The notes under the pieces were generated by a model. It was not told where the DNA came from. It made no database searches and worked only from the letters and a program-made list of their open reading frames with translations. Source: Chloroflexota bacterium (GTDB lineage Bacteria; Chloroflexota; Dehalococcoidia; Dehalococcoidales; JBDRCY01). From it: a stretch of DNA of 55,213 bases. Position numbers and translations under genes: made by a program. The DNA lies in contig JBDRCY010000025.1 in assembly GCA_043821265.1 (NCBI GenBank), forward strand, positions 1 to 55,213, written 5' to 3'. How positions within the stretch are numbered: the first letter of the stretch is position 1; each line of letters begins with the position of its first letter. Of the stretch, positions 37,016-46,722 are shown in pieces.

Positions 37016-39034
37016 TTACCTCTCTGCGACCTTTTCGGCGGAGATTACCCCCCGTTCTATCAGGTCCCGGGCCACATCACCCAGGCCGAACTCCTCCAGT
37101 CTCTCCCGGGTGGGAATTCCTGTTTCCGGGTCGCAGCCGTGCAGCCGGTAGTACTCGTCGAGCACCCTATCATAGTCCTCCAGTGTAATGGGGAACTTTA
37201 TGTCCTTTCTACGGGGATGGGGTTCTCCGTGCTCCCTCTGCCAGCGGAAGGCCCAGGGATAATCGTCCCGGCGCCTTATCTCCTCCCTGGCGTTGAAGCA
37301 GCGCTCGATGAGCATCTGGCGCTCGGCGGCCTTTTCCGTATCCTCAGGGGTAAAGTCAACCCCGGTGGCGGCCGATAAGAGACTGGCGAAGTCCTCCAGA
37401 TGGTAACCCGAGGCAAAGAAGGTAAACTGCGAGGGTATCTTGCAGATTCCCGTCGAATCGCACAGGGCACAGATATGCTCCGAGTCGTATACCAGCCGGG
37501 CCTTTTGCGGCGTGGCCCACCAGTTCTCCAAGACCAGCTGCTTATCGCCATAGCGCTCCTGGCCGAACTTGGCCAGGGCATCCAGGAGCTCCTTGGGGTC
37601 GGCCATATCGGGGAAAATCCTGGCCCCTATGGACTGCATCAGATTAATCCCCGAGATACGCGAGGCGAAGGGCGGCTTACCCACCAGGTGGTCGTGCCCC
37701 CGGGTGGAGGTGGCAAAGGCCAGGGTAACCTCGACACCGCCCGATATACCGAAACCGCGGGCGGTCATCCCCTTGTTATGGCTGATATACTTCTCCGAAC
37801 CCCGGCCCAGCCTCTCGGCTGCCCGCACGGGATATTCGTCGAGCAGGGCACCGAAGCCCTCCCGGCGGGCCATCTGATGCATCAACTCCAGCACCACCTC
37901 TTCGTTACCCCAGGTAAGCTCCAGACCGCCGGTATCCTCCCTGGTGATGATGCCGTCCTCCCACAGCTGCATGGCCCAGTTGATGGCGCAGCCGGGGTTA
38001 TTCACATGCAGGCCGAGTTGATTACACAACGTATTGGCCTTCAGGTCAAAGGCGGGGTTATCTATCTTGAACAGGTAGCTGCCATAGACAACGCCGTTGC
38101 CCTCCAGGCCGGCACCGGTGGTACCCTTATATTTGCCCTCCTTGACCGAATAATAGTGGTCGCAGTGAACGGGACAGCCGAAGCAGGCCAGGCTCTTGTC
38201 CCACAGCCCCCGTTTCCACATCTCCTCCGAGCTTAAACCATTAGGGTCGAAGCCGGGCACAAAGCCCGATTTCACTATGGGGTCGGAGACAAAGCCCGGC
38301 GTCCCGTACCGGCTGGCGACAGCATACATCGGGTCGCTCTCAATCCCCCTGGTCTTCTCTAAGGATAACCTAAGGAACTCATCGGGGCGGGCGATATTTA
38401 CCCCCTTCGTACCCCGCACCGCTACCGCCTTCAGCTTCTTGGAACCCCATACCGCACCACCGCCGGCCTTACCGGCAGCCCGTCCCAAATCACCGATGAC
38501 GCAGGCGGAAAAGCCCATATTCTCCCCGGAGGGGCCTACTTTAAGGGTCTGTATCTCCTCGTCGCCCAGCTCTTTTCGTATCATGTCCTGTGTCACCCAG
38601 GTATCCTTGCCCCATAGATGGGCGGCGTCCCTCAGCTCCACCTGGTCGTCGTCTATCCACAAATAGACCGGCTTCTTGGAGGCGCCGCGAAAGATGATGA
38701 GGTCGTAACCGGCCCACTTCAGCTCCGGGCCGAAGAAGCCGCCGCCGTTAGAGCGCAAATAAATGCCGGTCTGCGGCCCCTTGGTGATTATGTCGTAGCG
38801 CCCGCTCGACGGCGCCGTAGTGCCGCTTAAGGGCCCCTGAGTGACCATCAGTATATTATCCGGCCCCAACGGGTCGGTACCGGGCTCAACCTCGTCGTAG
38901 AGTATCTTTACCGCCAGCCCGGCGCCGCCGATATGCTTGGCAGCCAGTTCCCGGTCCAGCGGCGTTTTGACAATCTCGCCGGTGGTCAGATTAACCTCTA
39001 ATATCGTTCCGGCCCAGCCATACCACTCGGTCAT
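37016..39034 (-). CDS. aldehyde:ferredoxin oxidoreductase (W) family protein, divergent clade
   Basis: GWAGTILEVNLT, GGFFGPELKWAGYD, GAVWGSKKLKA, CFGCPVHC, DSTGIC. Confidence 0.9.
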   Translation of the reverse strand: MTEWYGWAGTILEVNLTTGEIVKTPLDRELAAKHIGGAGLAVKILYDEVEPGTDPLGPDNILMVTQGPLSGTTAPSSGRYDIITKGPQTGIYLRSNGGGFFGPELKWAGYDLIIFRGASKKPVYLWIDDDQVELRDAAHLWGKDTWVTQDMIRKELGDEEIQTLKVGPSGENMGFSACVIGDLGRAAGKAGGGAVWGSKKLKAVAVRGTKGVNIARPDEFLRLSLEKTRGIESDPMYAVASRYGTPGFVSDPIVKSGFVPGFDPNGLSSEEMWKRGLWDKSLACFGCPVHCDHYYSVKEGKYKGTTGAGLEGNGVVYGSYLFKIDNPAFDLKANTLCNQLGLHVNNPGCAINWAMQLWEDGIITREDTGGLELTWGNEEVVLELMHQMARREGFGALLDEYPVRAAERLGRGSEKYISHNKGMTARGFGISGGVEVTLAFATSTRGHDHLVGKPPFASRISGINLMQSIGARIFPDMADPKELLDALAKFGQERYGDKQLVLENWWATPQKARLVYDSEHICALCDSTGICKIPSQFTFFASGYHLEDFASLLSAATGVDFTPEDTEKAAERQMLIERCFNAREEIRRRDDYPWAFRWQREHGEPHPRRKDIKFPITLEDYDRVLDEYYRLHGCDPETGIPTRERLEEFGLGDVARDLIERGVISAEKVAER

Positions 39035-39035
39035 T

Positions 39036-39623
39036 TTACTCACCCCCTGCAGGGGCCTGCAGACCATCCGGGATGACCCTCGGCTTTACCACTATCGAGG
39101 GCTGAAGAGCAGCCACGCAGGTAAACCCCGCTGCTTCCTTATCGGAGCCGTACTTTGCTTCCAGTTCCTCCAGAGGGCCCCCGTCCAGCGCCCGCATGGT
39201 ACAGGCAGCCACGCAGATAGGAGATTTATTTTCGGCCAGCCGGTCAAGGCACAGGTCGCACATCTGCATCCTGGCATCTTCCTCGGCCCCGAACTGGGGC
39301 GCCTCATAGGGGCAGGCATCCAGACAGAAGGTACAGCTATCCTTCCCCAGGCATAACTCGCGGTCAACCACCACTATGCCGTCCTGGGCCCTCTTGCTGA
39401 TAGCGCCCACGGGACAGGCACTAAGACAGGCCGGCCGGGCACAATGGTAACAGGCGGTAGAGAGGAAAGCCAGGAACAGGTGGGGGAATTCGCCCCTCTC
39501 AACGGGGAGCACCCGCCGCCAGCTGGCCGGGCCGGCGGGCACGTCATGCCAGTCCTTACAGGCCACCACGCAGCTATGGCAACCGATACAGCGCGTCTGG
39601 TCAAAATAGAACCCCATCTGCAT
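39036..39623 (-). CDS. DmsB-like 4x[4Fe-4S] subunit
   Basis: CIGCHSCVVACK, CYHCARPACLSACP, CLDACP, CDLC...CVAAC. Confidence 0.92.
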   Translation of the reverse strand: MQMGFYFDQTRCIGCHSCVVACKDWHDVPAGPASWRRVLPVERGEFPHLFLAFLSTACYHCARPACLSACPVGAISKRAQDGIVVVDRELCLGKDSCTFCLDACPYEAPQFGAEEDARMQMCDLCLDRLAENKSPICVAACTMRALDGGPLEELEAKYGSDKEAAGFTCVAALQPSIVVKPRVIPDGLQAPAGGE

Positions 39624-39624
39624 A

Positions 39625-41820
39625 CTACTTCCCCTCATACCTGGCTACCTGCACCAGGGCGGTGTGAGTGCACCATCCCCCGGCGGGCGAGTGCTCGTCC
39701 CTGGTGAGCACATTGGGGCAGCCGCCCCTATCGGCCCCGCTGCTATCCGGCCGGTACCAGGCCCCCTGGTTGATACTGACCACACCGGGCACGATTCTCT
39801 CGGTAACCTTAGCCGCGATAATAATCTCACCCCGGTCATTGAATATCCGTACCTCGTCCCCGTCACCGATTCCCCTGGCCGAGGCATCGCCAGTATTTAG
39901 CCACACCTGCTGCGGCTCCAGCTCCTTGGCCCAGGGAATATTGTCGAAATTCGAGTGTGCCCGCATCTTGGCATGGGGGGTAATAAGCTGCAGAGGATAC
40001 TTCTCGGCCAGCGGGTCATTACGTCCCTCCCAGGTCTCAATATAACGTGGAATAGGCGGCATTCCCGGGTCGTTTATGTCGGCGACACGCTGTGAGTATA
40101 TCTCAATCTTACCCGAGGGCGTGGGGAAGGGGTTATTCCCGGGGTCGGCTATCTCCTTTTCGAAGGAGATAGCCGGCTCGGGCGGATGTACCTTTAAGAC
40201 ACCCTCCTTACGGAAGGCATCGAAGCCCGCTACGTGCTGGCGCACGCCAGGATTGGCCATCACAATCTCGCGCAGCCACTCGTCCGGTGCCTTCTCGGAG
40301 TAATCATTAATGCCCAGCCGGGGGGCCAGCTCGGCACAGATCTGAAAATCGGACTTCGCTTCATACAGCGGCTCGATGGCCTGGCTGGAATAGATATAAT
40401 AGGGGCAGGAAAACTTGGCGGAATGAAAATCGTTGGCCTCGAAATTGGTGACCACCGGCAGCAGGATATCGGCAAACCGGGCTGTCGCCGTCATAAACTG
40501 CTCCTGGGCGACGATAAACTCCAGCTTCTTAAAGGCCTCGACCCCCTTGTTGATATTGGGGAACTGGTTCAGGGTATTACCACAGTTCACCCAGACCATC
40601 TTAATATCGCTAGGATAGCCACCGGACTTGCCCTGTAAAATGGCATCGTATATCTTGCACTGGAGGACTCGCTGGGTGCTTTTCAGGGCACTGTCCAGGC
40701 TGGTCGAGATACCACGGGGGGCACCCGCGCTGAGCGGGTTCCTGCCCCGGGGCAGGACGCCGGATGACAGCGAATCCGTGGCCATGGTGGGTGGAAAGCC
40801 ACGGCCGGCGGGATTGCCACCGTGGATACCGATATTAGCGGTCATCGCCGCCAGGGTAGCGGCCGCCCGGTGGTATTGCTCGCCGTAAGCGGTACGCCCC
40901 GGGCCGTAGCCGTTAATCAAGGCCGCTGGCCGGGTGGCAGCATACTCCTGGGCCAGGCCGACGATAGCATCGGCCCCAACGCCGGTGATGGCCTCAGCCC
41001 ACCGGGGGGTCTTGGCCACACCGTCCTCTATGCCCAGCACATAGTCCTTGAACCTGTCAAAGCCCACCGTATAAGTAGCAATGAAATCCCGGTCATACAG
41101 GTTTTCGGTTATCATCACGTAGGCCATAGCCACCAGCATGGCGGTATCGGTGCCCGGACGAATGGGTATCCACCGGTCGGCGAAGACAGCGGCGGAATCG
41201 GTGAACCGGGGGTCAACGCAGATGACCCTGGCCCCCGCTTCCCTGGCCCGGGCCAGGTGATAGGTGGTATTATCGCCATATATCAGCTCCGCCGGGTTCT
41301 TGCCCCACAGTATAATCAGGCGGGAATTGAGCAGGTCCTCACAGGTGTGGCCGGTAAAGGTCGTGCCGTAAGTGGCCCGGGAGGCCCACAGGTCCGCCTC
41401 CGCCGAAGCGCCACCCCAGTGCTGCAGGTGGCCGCCGAACTTGTTGAGCAGCCTCCCCACCGCCGACGACTGTATGCTCCCCTGATTGCCGGCATACTGC
41501 AGGTTGATAACTGCCCCCAGCCCGTACTGCTCCTTGATCCTCTTAAGCTGGGAGGCCACCTCATCCAGGGCCTCGTCCCAGCCGACCCGCTCAAAGCTGC
41601 CCTCGCCCCTGGGACCAACCCTCCTCATCGGGTACTGCAAACGGTCCGGGGCATATACCCGCTGCCGCTGGGCGCGACCCCGGGCGCAGGCCCTTAACTG
41701 CGGCTCCGCGCCGTCATCGGTCTCTATTCTAACAATCACGCCGTCCTTAACATGCACCCTGAGCAGGCACCGCCCGGGACAGTCATGCCAGCAGCAATTG
41801 GTGATTACCGTCTCGCCCAT
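39625..41820 (-). CDS. DMSO-reductase family molybdopterin oxidoreductase (DmsA-like, no Tat signal)
   Basis: CWHDCPGRC...C, RLQYPM, PIRPGTD, ADILLP, TPSGKIEI; no twin-arginine leader. Confidence 0.92.
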   Translation of the reverse strand: MGETVITNCCWHDCPGRCLLRVHVKDGVIVRIETDDGAEPQLRACARGRAQRQRVYAPDRLQYPMRRVGPRGEGSFERVGWDEALDEVASQLKRIKEQYGLGAVINLQYAGNQGSIQSSAVGRLLNKFGGHLQHWGGASAEADLWASRATYGTTFTGHTCEDLLNSRLIILWGKNPAELIYGDNTTYHLARAREAGARVICVDPRFTDSAAVFADRWIPIRPGTDTAMLVAMAYVMITENLYDRDFIATYTVGFDRFKDYVLGIEDGVAKTPRWAEAITGVGADAIVGLAQEYAATRPAALINGYGPGRTAYGEQYHRAAATLAAMTANIGIHGGNPAGRGFPPTMATDSLSSGVLPRGRNPLSAGAPRGISTSLDSALKSTQRVLQCKIYDAILQGKSGGYPSDIKMVWVNCGNTLNQFPNINKGVEAFKKLEFIVAQEQFMTATARFADILLPVVTNFEANDFHSAKFSCPYYIYSSQAIEPLYEAKSDFQICAELAPRLGINDYSEKAPDEWLREIVMANPGVRQHVAGFDAFRKEGVLKVHPPEPAISFEKEIADPGNNPFPTPSGKIEIYSQRVADINDPGMPPIPRYIETWEGRNDPLAEKYPLQLITPHAKMRAHSNFDNIPWAKELEPQQVWLNTGDASARGIGDGDEVRIFNDRGEIIIAAKVTERIVPGVVSINQGAWYRPDSSGADRGGCPNVLTRDEHSPAGGWCTHTALVQVARYEGK

Positions 41821-41834
41821 ATCCGATGCGCCTC

Positions 41835-43052
41835 TCACTCGAAGGTCCCCTCCGCCAGTAGCTGGTGGAACTCCTCGTCCGACATGCCAATGAGCCTGGT
41901 ATATACGTATTCATTGTGCTCCCCCAGGCCGGGGGCAAACTTTATCTCATAGGGCGTCTTGGACATATGCACCGGCATACCGCTAAAGGAGAAAGCCCCT
42001 ATCCTGGGATGCTCCAGCTCCCAGTAAAAATGGCGGTGTTTTAATTGAGGGTCGTTATCCAGCTCCCCGGCATGCGAGGCCATGCCGGCGGCCACCCCCG
42101 CCCCCTGCAACAGCTCCATCACCTCCCGGGCAGTACGCACCTGCGTCCACTCCCCGACCAAGTCGTCCAGCCTGTCCACGTTCTCCAGCCGGCCGGCGGC
42201 GGTATCCAGTGCCGGGTCCTGAGTCCACTCCGGAGAGCCTATAGCCCGGCAGAAGCCCCGCCACTCCTCATCGCTAAACACGGTGATAGCCACCCACCTG
42301 TCCTCCCCCCGGCAGCGATAGACACCGTGGGGAGCGGCGTAGTTCGACCTATTGCCCATCCTCCCCGCCTCCCGGTTATTGGCCTGGTAGTCGAGTAGCA
42401 GCGGCCCCATAAAGGGAACGGTTGTCTCCAGCTGGGCGGCATCGATGTACTGCCCCTTGCCCGTCCGCTCCCGGTAGTCCAGGGCGGAGACGATGGCCAA
42501 GGCGTTAGCCCTCATGGCTACCGGGTCGGTAAAACCGAAGCCGGGGAACTGCGGCAGCTGGTCGGGGAAACCGGTGAGGTGGGGCAGCCCGGTTGCCGCC
42601 GTAAGCGGCTCGGCATACCCGGGCACGGTAGCCATGGGGCCCGTCTGGCCGTAGAGGCAGGAACTGAGCATAATAATATCGGGCTTTATACCCCTTAACA
42701 CCTCGTAGCCCAGGCCCATCCGCTCCATAGCCCCCCCGGCAAAGTTCTCAATCACCACATCAGTCCATTTTATCAGCCTCCTGGCCACCGACATCCCCTT
42801 GGGGTGCTTCAGGTTAAGGGTTATGCCCAGCTTGCCGGAGTTGATAAACAGAAAGCCGGTAGCCCTATCATGGGACTTCACCCCGCCGATAAACGGGGAT
42901 ACGTCCCGCTGGGTATCCAATCTCGTCGCCGTTTCCACCTTGACCACGGTGGCCCCGTAGGCCGCCAGGATGGTATTGCTCATCGGGCCGGCCAGACGCC
43001 AGCAGAAACTGAGGACATTTACACCATCAAGTGGTTTCCTGTTAATTTTCAA
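41835..43052 (-). CDS. CaiB/BaiF CoA-transferase (BbsF-like, catalytic Asp present)
   Basis: PLDGVNV, GATVVKVE, DVVIENF, GFTD, APGLGEHN. Confidence 0.92.
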   Translation of the reverse strand: MKINRKPLDGVNVLSFCWRLAGPMSNTILAAYGATVVKVETATRLDTQRDVSPFIGGVKSHDRATGFLFINSGKLGITLNLKHPKGMSVARRLIKWTDVVIENFAGGAMERMGLGYEVLRGIKPDIIMLSSCLYGQTGPMATVPGYAEPLTAATGLPHLTGFPDQLPQFPGFGFTDPVAMRANALAIVSALDYRERTGKGQYIDAAQLETTVPFMGPLLLDYQANNREAGRMGNRSNYAAPHGVYRCRGEDRWVAITVFSDEEWRGFCRAIGSPEWTQDPALDTAAGRLENVDRLDDLVGEWTQVRTAREVMELLQGAGVAAGMASHAGELDNDPQLKHRHFYWELEHPRIGAFSFSGMPVHMSKTPYEIKFAPGLGEHNEYVYTRLIGMSDEEFHQLLAEGTFE

Positions 43053-44327
43053 TCAGATTACCCCGTCTTTCTGCAAAGCGCTCAGCTCCTCGCCGGATAG
43101 ACCCACCTCCCGGTAAAGCTCATGGTTGTGCTCCCCGATGAGGGGTGCCCGGCACCACAGCTTACACGGCGCCTCCGAGGCGGTAAAAACACGGCTGGGA
43201 TAGGAGAGGGTGGCGCCCAGTTGGGGATGCTCTATCTCCTGCCAGAAGCCCCGGGCCACCAGCTGCGGATGAGACAGAACGGACTTAGGGGTGGACATGG
43301 GGTGCAGCTGGATGCGCCGGGCAATGGCCTCCTCGAGCAGTTGGGCCGTGGTCTTCGATTTAAAAAAGCGGTCGAAATAGGCCTCCTGGCGGTCGGCGTC
43401 CTCCTGCGAGGCCTGGCTCCAATAGCCCCAGTCCTGCTTGAGCCAGTCTATCCCCCGCAAAAAGTCATCCGCCATCCCCTCATCGTCCAGCCACTTAACC
43501 ATCAGGGGGTTGCGATACCTCCCCTGCTCACCGGGAAAGAGGAAGAAGGCAATGTAGCCATCCCTGGCCTCCCACAGCCGCCGCAGCAGCACCCCGCTCA
43601 CCGGCACCTTAAAACCGGAGGCCATCCGGTCGTATTCCTCCCCCGATACCCACCACTTCTCATGGGAATAGAAGGTCATCATGTCCACGCTCTCCTGGAT
43701 GGAGACATCGAGGTGCTGCCCCTGGCCCGATGACCGCCTCCAGTAAAGGGCCATAGCCGCACTCCAGGCACCGTCATAACCGGCCAGGAGGAAGGAGGAT
43801 GGTATGTGGCTAATAGACACCGGCGGCCTATCGGGGTCACCGCTCATCCCCAGCAGGCCACCCAAGGCCCAGCAGACCAGGTCTGACCCTTTATAGTCCC
43901 TATAGGGCCCCGTCTGACCAAAGGGGCTGATAGAGGTCATGATTATCCGGGGATTTACCTTCTCCAGCTCGCTATAACCCAGGCCCAGTTTATCCATGTA
44001 CCCCGGCTTAAACGATTCCACGACCACATCCGCCGTTTTAACCAATCGCTTAAGCAGTTCCTTACCCCGAATTGTTTCAATACCTAAAGTGATGCCCCGC
44101 TTGTTCACGTTATAGGCCAGCCAGAATAAACTCTTCTCCGGGTCAGGCTCATCATGATAGAAGGGGCCGATGTTTCGCGCCGGGTCGCCGCCGGGCGGCT
44201 CCACCTTAATGACGTCGGCACCCAGGCTGCCCAGGAGAGCACCACAAAAGACGCCCTTCTCGTCAGTCAGGTCCAGGACCCGATACGGCCCCAGCATAGT
44301 CTCTGCTTTACCTGGCTCATCCATCAT
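43053..44327 (-). CDS. CaiB/BaiF CoA-transferase (BbsE-like partner)
   Basis: RVLDLT, GADVIKVEPPGGD, NKRGITL, FGQTGP, APLIGEHN; no Asp at the expected active-site position. Confidence 0.9.
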   Translation of the reverse strand: MMDEPGKAETMLGPYRVLDLTDEKGVFCGALLGSLGADVIKVEPPGGDPARNIGPFYHDEPDPEKSLFWLAYNVNKRGITLGIETIRGKELLKRLVKTADVVVESFKPGYMDKLGLGYSELEKVNPRIIMTSISPFGQTGPYRDYKGSDLVCWALGGLLGMSGDPDRPPVSISHIPSSFLLAGYDGAWSAAMALYWRRSSGQGQHLDVSIQESVDMMTFYSHEKWWVSGEEYDRMASGFKVPVSGVLLRRLWEARDGYIAFFLFPGEQGRYRNPLMVKWLDDEGMADDFLRGIDWLKQDWGYWSQASQEDADRQEAYFDRFFKSKTTAQLLEEAIARRIQLHPMSTPKSVLSHPQLVARGFWQEIEHPQLGATLSYPSRVFTASEAPCKLWCRAPLIGEHNHELYREVGLSGEELSALQKDGVI

Positions 44328-44356
44328 AATACCCCAATCACCGGCTACTGATAGCG

Positions 44357-44385
44357 AATATAGCTTTACCCCGGACTCTTGTCAA
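44357..44385 (-). promoter_or_regulatory. sigma70-type promoter of the CoA-transferase/DmsAB/AOR operon
   Basis: Minus strand TTGACA-17 bp-TATATT. Confidence 0.65.
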
Positions 44386-44498
44386 GCATCACGCCTGAGA
44401 CCGGGAATATCTCAAGGGCTAGAATGCGGACGACCCGGCGGGGATAATCGCAGGCCCGGTTCGGCTATAAAGCTGATAATATGGTATAGTTCTATCAA

Positions 44499-45782
44499 AT
44501 GATGCCCTGGAAGTACAAGCCCCCCAAGGTATTCTTCGGCTGGTGGATTGTCATCGCCGCCTTTCTCATCTCCTTCTATGTCGGCGGCTCTAGCTTTTAC
44601 AGTTTTACCGCCTTCATCAGCCCCATAGTGAGCGAGATGGGCTGGAACTATCAGCAGGTCTCACTGGCCTCCTCGCTACGCGGCATGGAGACCGGACTGC
44701 TGGCCCCCCTCGTCGGCTTTCTTATTGACCGCTGGGGGCCAAGACGCATCATATTCGGCGGGACGCTAATCGGGGCTTGGGGGATAATCCTGCTGAGCAG
44801 GGCCACGTCCCTGGCCGTTTTCTACGGGGCCTTTGCCCTGATGGCTATCGGCACCAGCTGCAGCAGCCTGACCGCGACGATAGCCACCATCGGCCACTGG
44901 TTCCGCAGTAAAATAGGGATAGCCAGCGCCATAGCCGTTTGCGGCTATGGCTTCGGCGGCCTGCTAACGCCGGTAATCACCAGACTCATCGATATATACA
45001 ACTGGCGCACCACGCTGGTTATCATCGCCGTGGGCCTGTTAGTCGTCGTGCTGCCGCTATCGCTATTGTTCAGGCACAAGCCCGAACAGTACGGTTATTT
45101 ACCCGACGGGCAGACAGAAAACCCGACCGCCAATACAGCAAAGGGGCCAGCGCCTACCCCCGAAGCCAGGATTACGATAGGACAGGCCTTAAAGAGCAGC
45201 ACCTTCTGGCGCATAGCGGTGGCCTTTTTAATACACGTAATGGTACTAAGCACCACCGTATTCCACATAATGCCTTACCTGGAAAGTATCGGCGTCGCCC
45301 GCTACCGGGCCAGCCTGGTGGCCATGGCCATGCCGCTAATAAGCATCAGCGGCCGCCTGGGCCTGGGGTGGCTGGCCGATAGAACAGACCGAAGGCGCGT
45401 GGCCCTGATATCCTTTGCCTTAATGGGACTGGGTATGCTCCTCTTCGACCTTGCTGCCAGCGCCAGCATCTATCTGCTGGTACCCTTCCTGGTCTTTTTC
45501 GGTACCGGGTACGGCGGCAGCAATATAACGAGGGCCACAATAGGGAGGGTATATTTCGGCAGAAGCAATATCGGTCTCATCCTCGGTCTAACCGTGGGTA
45601 TAAGCCGGCTGGGCGGTATCATCGGCCCCTACCTGGGCGGATGGATGTACGATAGACTGGGCAGCTACCAAGGTATATGGTTCTTTTTTGCCGGACTGCT
45701 CGTTATTGCCGTAATATCGGTAATAACCCTACCCGTACCCAGAAACCTGGCGGCACCGACCGATACAGCCCGACACCAGTAA
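44499..45782 (+). CDS. MFS transporter (OFA/MCT-like)
   Basis: FFGWWIV, GFLIDRWGPR motif A, 12 TM segments. Confidence 0.93.
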   Translation: MMPWKYKPPKVFFGWWIVIAAFLISFYVGGSSFYSFTAFISPIVSEMGWNYQQVSLASSLRGMETGLLAPLVGFLIDRWGPRRIIFGGTLIGAWGIILLSRATSLAVFYGAFALMAIGTSCSSLTATIATIGHWFRSKIGIASAIAVCGYGFGGLLTPVITRLIDIYNWRTTLVIIAVGLLVVVLPLSLLFRHKPEQYGYLPDGQTENPTANTAKGPAPTPEARITIGQALKSSTFWRIAVAFLIHVMVLSTTVFHIMPYLESIGVARYRASLVAMAMPLISISGRLGLGWLADRTDRRRVALISFALMGLGMLLFDLAASASIYLLVPFLVFFGTGYGGSNITRATIGRVYFGRSNIGLILGLTVGISRLGGIIGPYLGGWMYDRLGSYQGIWFFFAGLLVIAVISVITLPVPRNLAAPTDTARHQ

Positions 45783-45819
45783 TAAGAGGCAAAGCCCTAT
45801 ATCAATAAAGGAGGGTGAT

Positions 45820-46617
45820 ATGGTTAAAAAAAAAGCGGCACCCCTTAGCATAATGTACTCCGGCCCGACACCCGGGGAAGGCCCCAAGCCATCGTGGGCC
45901 CGATACCGGCAGATAATAGAGGCGGTGGCCCGGCCGGGGACAACGGTTGACCTGGCCTCCTTAAGGCGAGGCTATAAGCACTCGGCTACACCCTATACCG
46001 GGGCCTACAACGCCCTGGCCATGGTAGAGCGGGCCTATGAGGCCGAGAGAAAGGGCTACGACGCCTTTATTATCGGCTGCGCCTCCGACATGGGCCTCCG
46101 AGAAGCCCGCTCCCTGGTTAACATACCCGTGGTAGCACCTGCCGAATCGGCAACGCTGCTGGCCTGTACCCTGGGCAACAAATTCTCCATCATCGTCCTG
46201 GACCCGAAGTGGGCCCCCGTCATCGAGAATACCGTCCGTGGCTACGGGCTGGGGGAGAGGCTGGCCAGCGTAAGATGCCCGGCGGGGCTGACCGATGCGG
46301 CCGCCTTCGAGATGATGCACAGTAAGGAACAGGATAAGCTGACCCGGGCCCTGACCACGGAAATGAGCCGGGCGGTAAGCCAGGACGGCGCCGAGGCGCT
46401 CATAGTGGCCTGCACCAGCGGCTCCGCCTTCCTGACGGCGCAGGGCATTGGCCGGGTGGACGGAGCCCCGGTAGTGGATGTAATCGCCGCCGAAATAAAG
46501 ATGGCCGAGATTATGGTCGACCTGAAAAGGGCCTATGGGACCAGTATCTGCCCGGCGAGTATCTACTATCCCCCGCCACCGGGCTGGGAGAAAGATATAC
46601 CCATTACATTCGACTGA
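45820..46617 (+). CDS. Asp/Glu/hydantoin racemase family protein
   Basis: IIGCASDMG and IVACTS two-Cys motif. Confidence 0.88.
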   Translation: MVKKKAAPLSIMYSGPTPGEGPKPSWARYRQIIEAVARPGTTVDLASLRRGYKHSATPYTGAYNALAMVERAYEAERKGYDAFIIGCASDMGLREARSLVNIPVVAPAESATLLACTLGNKFSIIVLDPKWAPVIENTVRGYGLGERLASVRCPAGLTDAAAFEMMHSKEQDKLTRALTTEMSRAVSQDGAEALIVACTSGSAFLTAQGIGRVDGAPVVDVIAAEIKMAEIMVDLKRAYGTSICPASIYYPPPPGWEKDIPITFD

Positions 46618-46622
46618 GGGCC

Positions 46623-46650
46623 TTGACAAACCAGCGATAAATGCTATCAT
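46623..46650 (+). promoter_or_regulatory. sigma70-type promoter
   Basis: TTGACA-16 bp-(TGc)TATCAT upstream of 46723. Confidence 0.55.
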
Positions 46651-46722
46651 AAGCCTAATCTTTACCACTCACCGTCGCAGCGGGAATTGCCTTAAAGAAC
46701 CGAAAGCGGGGGAGACAATATT

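Noticed and set aside
37016-39034. Calling this AOR paralog BamB (class II benzoyl-CoA reductase)
   Set aside because: It lacks the BamB-type Cys-ligand segment as I recall it, and no bamC-I arrangement is adjacent. A phylogeny is needed.
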